64,000 nt of DNA from positions 34,782,001-34,846,000 of the forward strand of contig CM060734.1 of NCBI GenBank assembly GCA_030704615.1. The letters run 5' to 3'. This DNA comes from Takakia lepidozioides (Eukaryota > Plantae > Bryophyta). The position numbers and the translations under genes were made by a program. A model generated the notes under the pieces. The model made no database searches, was not told the DNA's origin, and was given only the letters and a program-made list of their open reading frames with translations. Shown here in pieces: positions 62,344-64,000 of this stretch (positions are counted from its first letter, which is position 1; each line of letters opens with the position of its first letter).

Positions 62344-63570
62344 TTGCACAAGCTTCAAGCCACTAGGAAGCTGGCTCAATCGCTATCCAGATCTTTTGCC
62401 TTGGAAAAATCTCTTCGTCTGAAATCGCTTACTAAGTGCTTAAGGCACTGTCAGCAGCGCATTGAGAATGGGAGAATTAGCCCTGTTAATATAGAGTCCT
62501 ACCTCACTACAAAAATGAATTTGGCCCTGCTGTCTCATGAGAAGGAGAAATTTGCTCGCATTAGAGCCGGGGTTAACTGGTCGCTGAAGAACGAGAAAAT
62601 GTCAGGTTACTTTTTCCAAAAGGCAAAGCTAAGGCGCGAATCCACTGTTCTTCACTCCATTACTGATTCCAATCGTTGCTCATCTTCCAAACCCAAAGAA
62701 ATGGCTACTGCAACAACTCTGCATTTTTTTTAATCTTTTCACCAAGACAGCTGATGCTCTTTCTGCAGCAGGTTCCAGAGCATAAATGCTTGCCTCGTAT
62801 GCTTATGTTCCTACTCCAGCGGATCAAACAATCTTATCCTGCCCCTCCTCATCTCTAGAGCTTATGCAGGCTACTGAAGCCCTTAGCTCTCTCAAAACCT
62901 AGGGGCTAGATGGGCTGTCAGTTGAATTTTTCATTGCCCTATAGGAGACTGTTGGGGAGGATTTTCTCTGCATGGCCAAAGACATCCTGGCTAAAGGTAT
63001 CATGCCTTCGCAGATGTCACAAGGTGTCATAACCCTCATTTTCAAGAAGGGTGACAAGAAGAACCTCTCTAACTACAGGCCTATTACGCTTTTGAACTCC
63101 ACATACAGAATCATTGCTAAGGCCCTAGCAATCCGACATCAGCTCTTGTTGTCAAAGCTTATCAGACCCGAGCAAACTGGTTTATTGAAAAACATGATGA
63201 TTCTGGATAACATTTTGTTGGCCAATGAAGCTCTTCACCTGGCTCAAACTGCTAACTGACCATGCTAATGTTGCACTTTGAGAAGGCCTTTGATAGTATC
63301 AATTGGAGTTTTCTTTTAGGTGCACTGCAGGCTATTGGAATCACTAGGAATTTCCTAAAGTCACGGATTCATATCCTCCTACCTTTTGCTTCCAGCAGAG
63401 TCATGATCAATGGATCAATTATTTCTAAAGCCTTCCCACTCTTCAAATTGGTGAGACAAGGATGTCCTCTAGCCCCCTTTTTGTTCTCGATAGCAGCTGA
63501 TGGGTTGGGTCACCTTATGGACAAAATGCAAGATTCTTTGGGCCTGACTATACCCAACTCAATTGATGAC
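62344..63570 (+). mobile_element. LINE RT fragment
   Basis: NYRPITLLNSTYRIIAKAL, FEKAFD and RQGCPLAP. Confidence 0.9.
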
Positions 63571-63584
63571 CCCACAAGTAGCAC

Positions 63585-64000
63585 CGGTTGATGTTATCGA
63601 AAGCTTTTTCAAAATCTAACATGAGGAGGGCCAACGGTTGATTATCAGACCGAGCAAGATGCATCACCTTATTGATCAAGAGGATGTTATCTAGAATCAT
63701 TCTCTTTTTCAAGAAACCTAACTGTTCTGGCCTAATCAACTTGGACAACAAAGGTTGAAGACGCCTCGCTAGAGCCTTGGCTATGATTTTGTAGGTAGAA
63801 TTTAACAAGGTGATCGGCCTGTAGTTAGACAGCAAATCACGGTCCCCTTTTTTGAACACCAGGGTGATGACTCCCTGTGATAACTATGAGGGCATTATCC
63901 CTTTGTCCAAAATATCATTGGCCATTTCAAGAAGTCATCCCCAACCACCCCCCATAGGGCAATGAAAAATTCAACTGGCAAACCATCCAAACCAGGAGTC
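63585..64000 (-). mobile_element. LINE RT fragment, opposite strand
   Basis: NYRPITLLNSTYKIIAKALARRL and LDFEKAFD. Confidence 0.9.

Overview
Plant nuclear DNA; the highly homogeneous PLS-PPR arrays, chromodomain Gypsy and spliced introns suggest a non-seed land plant (inference, not identified). The core is a cluster of three paralogous PLS-class PPR-E1-E2-DYW genes: one minus, one plus, one plus with a 1-nt frameshift. Two orphan E2/DYW fragments accompany them. Each gene is preceded by short intron-split exons that splice into OSB-type 'PDF' ssDNA-binding motifs, and the last half-motif is in the same ORF as the PPR-DYW. This suggests a PDF-PPR-DYW deaminase fusion family. Around the cluster are a MULE with SWIM transposase, a Ulp1-like protease and an orphan ORF; a second MULE remnant and a Gypsy remnant cut by one 3.2-kb inversion; and several L1-like LINE fragments. 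A complete chromovirus (726-bp LTRs, GAGAA TSD) is inserted into a decayed spliced gene ending in a beta-class N6/N4 DNA amino-methyltransferase domain. An intact five-exon transmembrane RING-H2 E3 ligase gene and a tRNA-derived relic lie near the right end. All calls are by eye; no searches were run.
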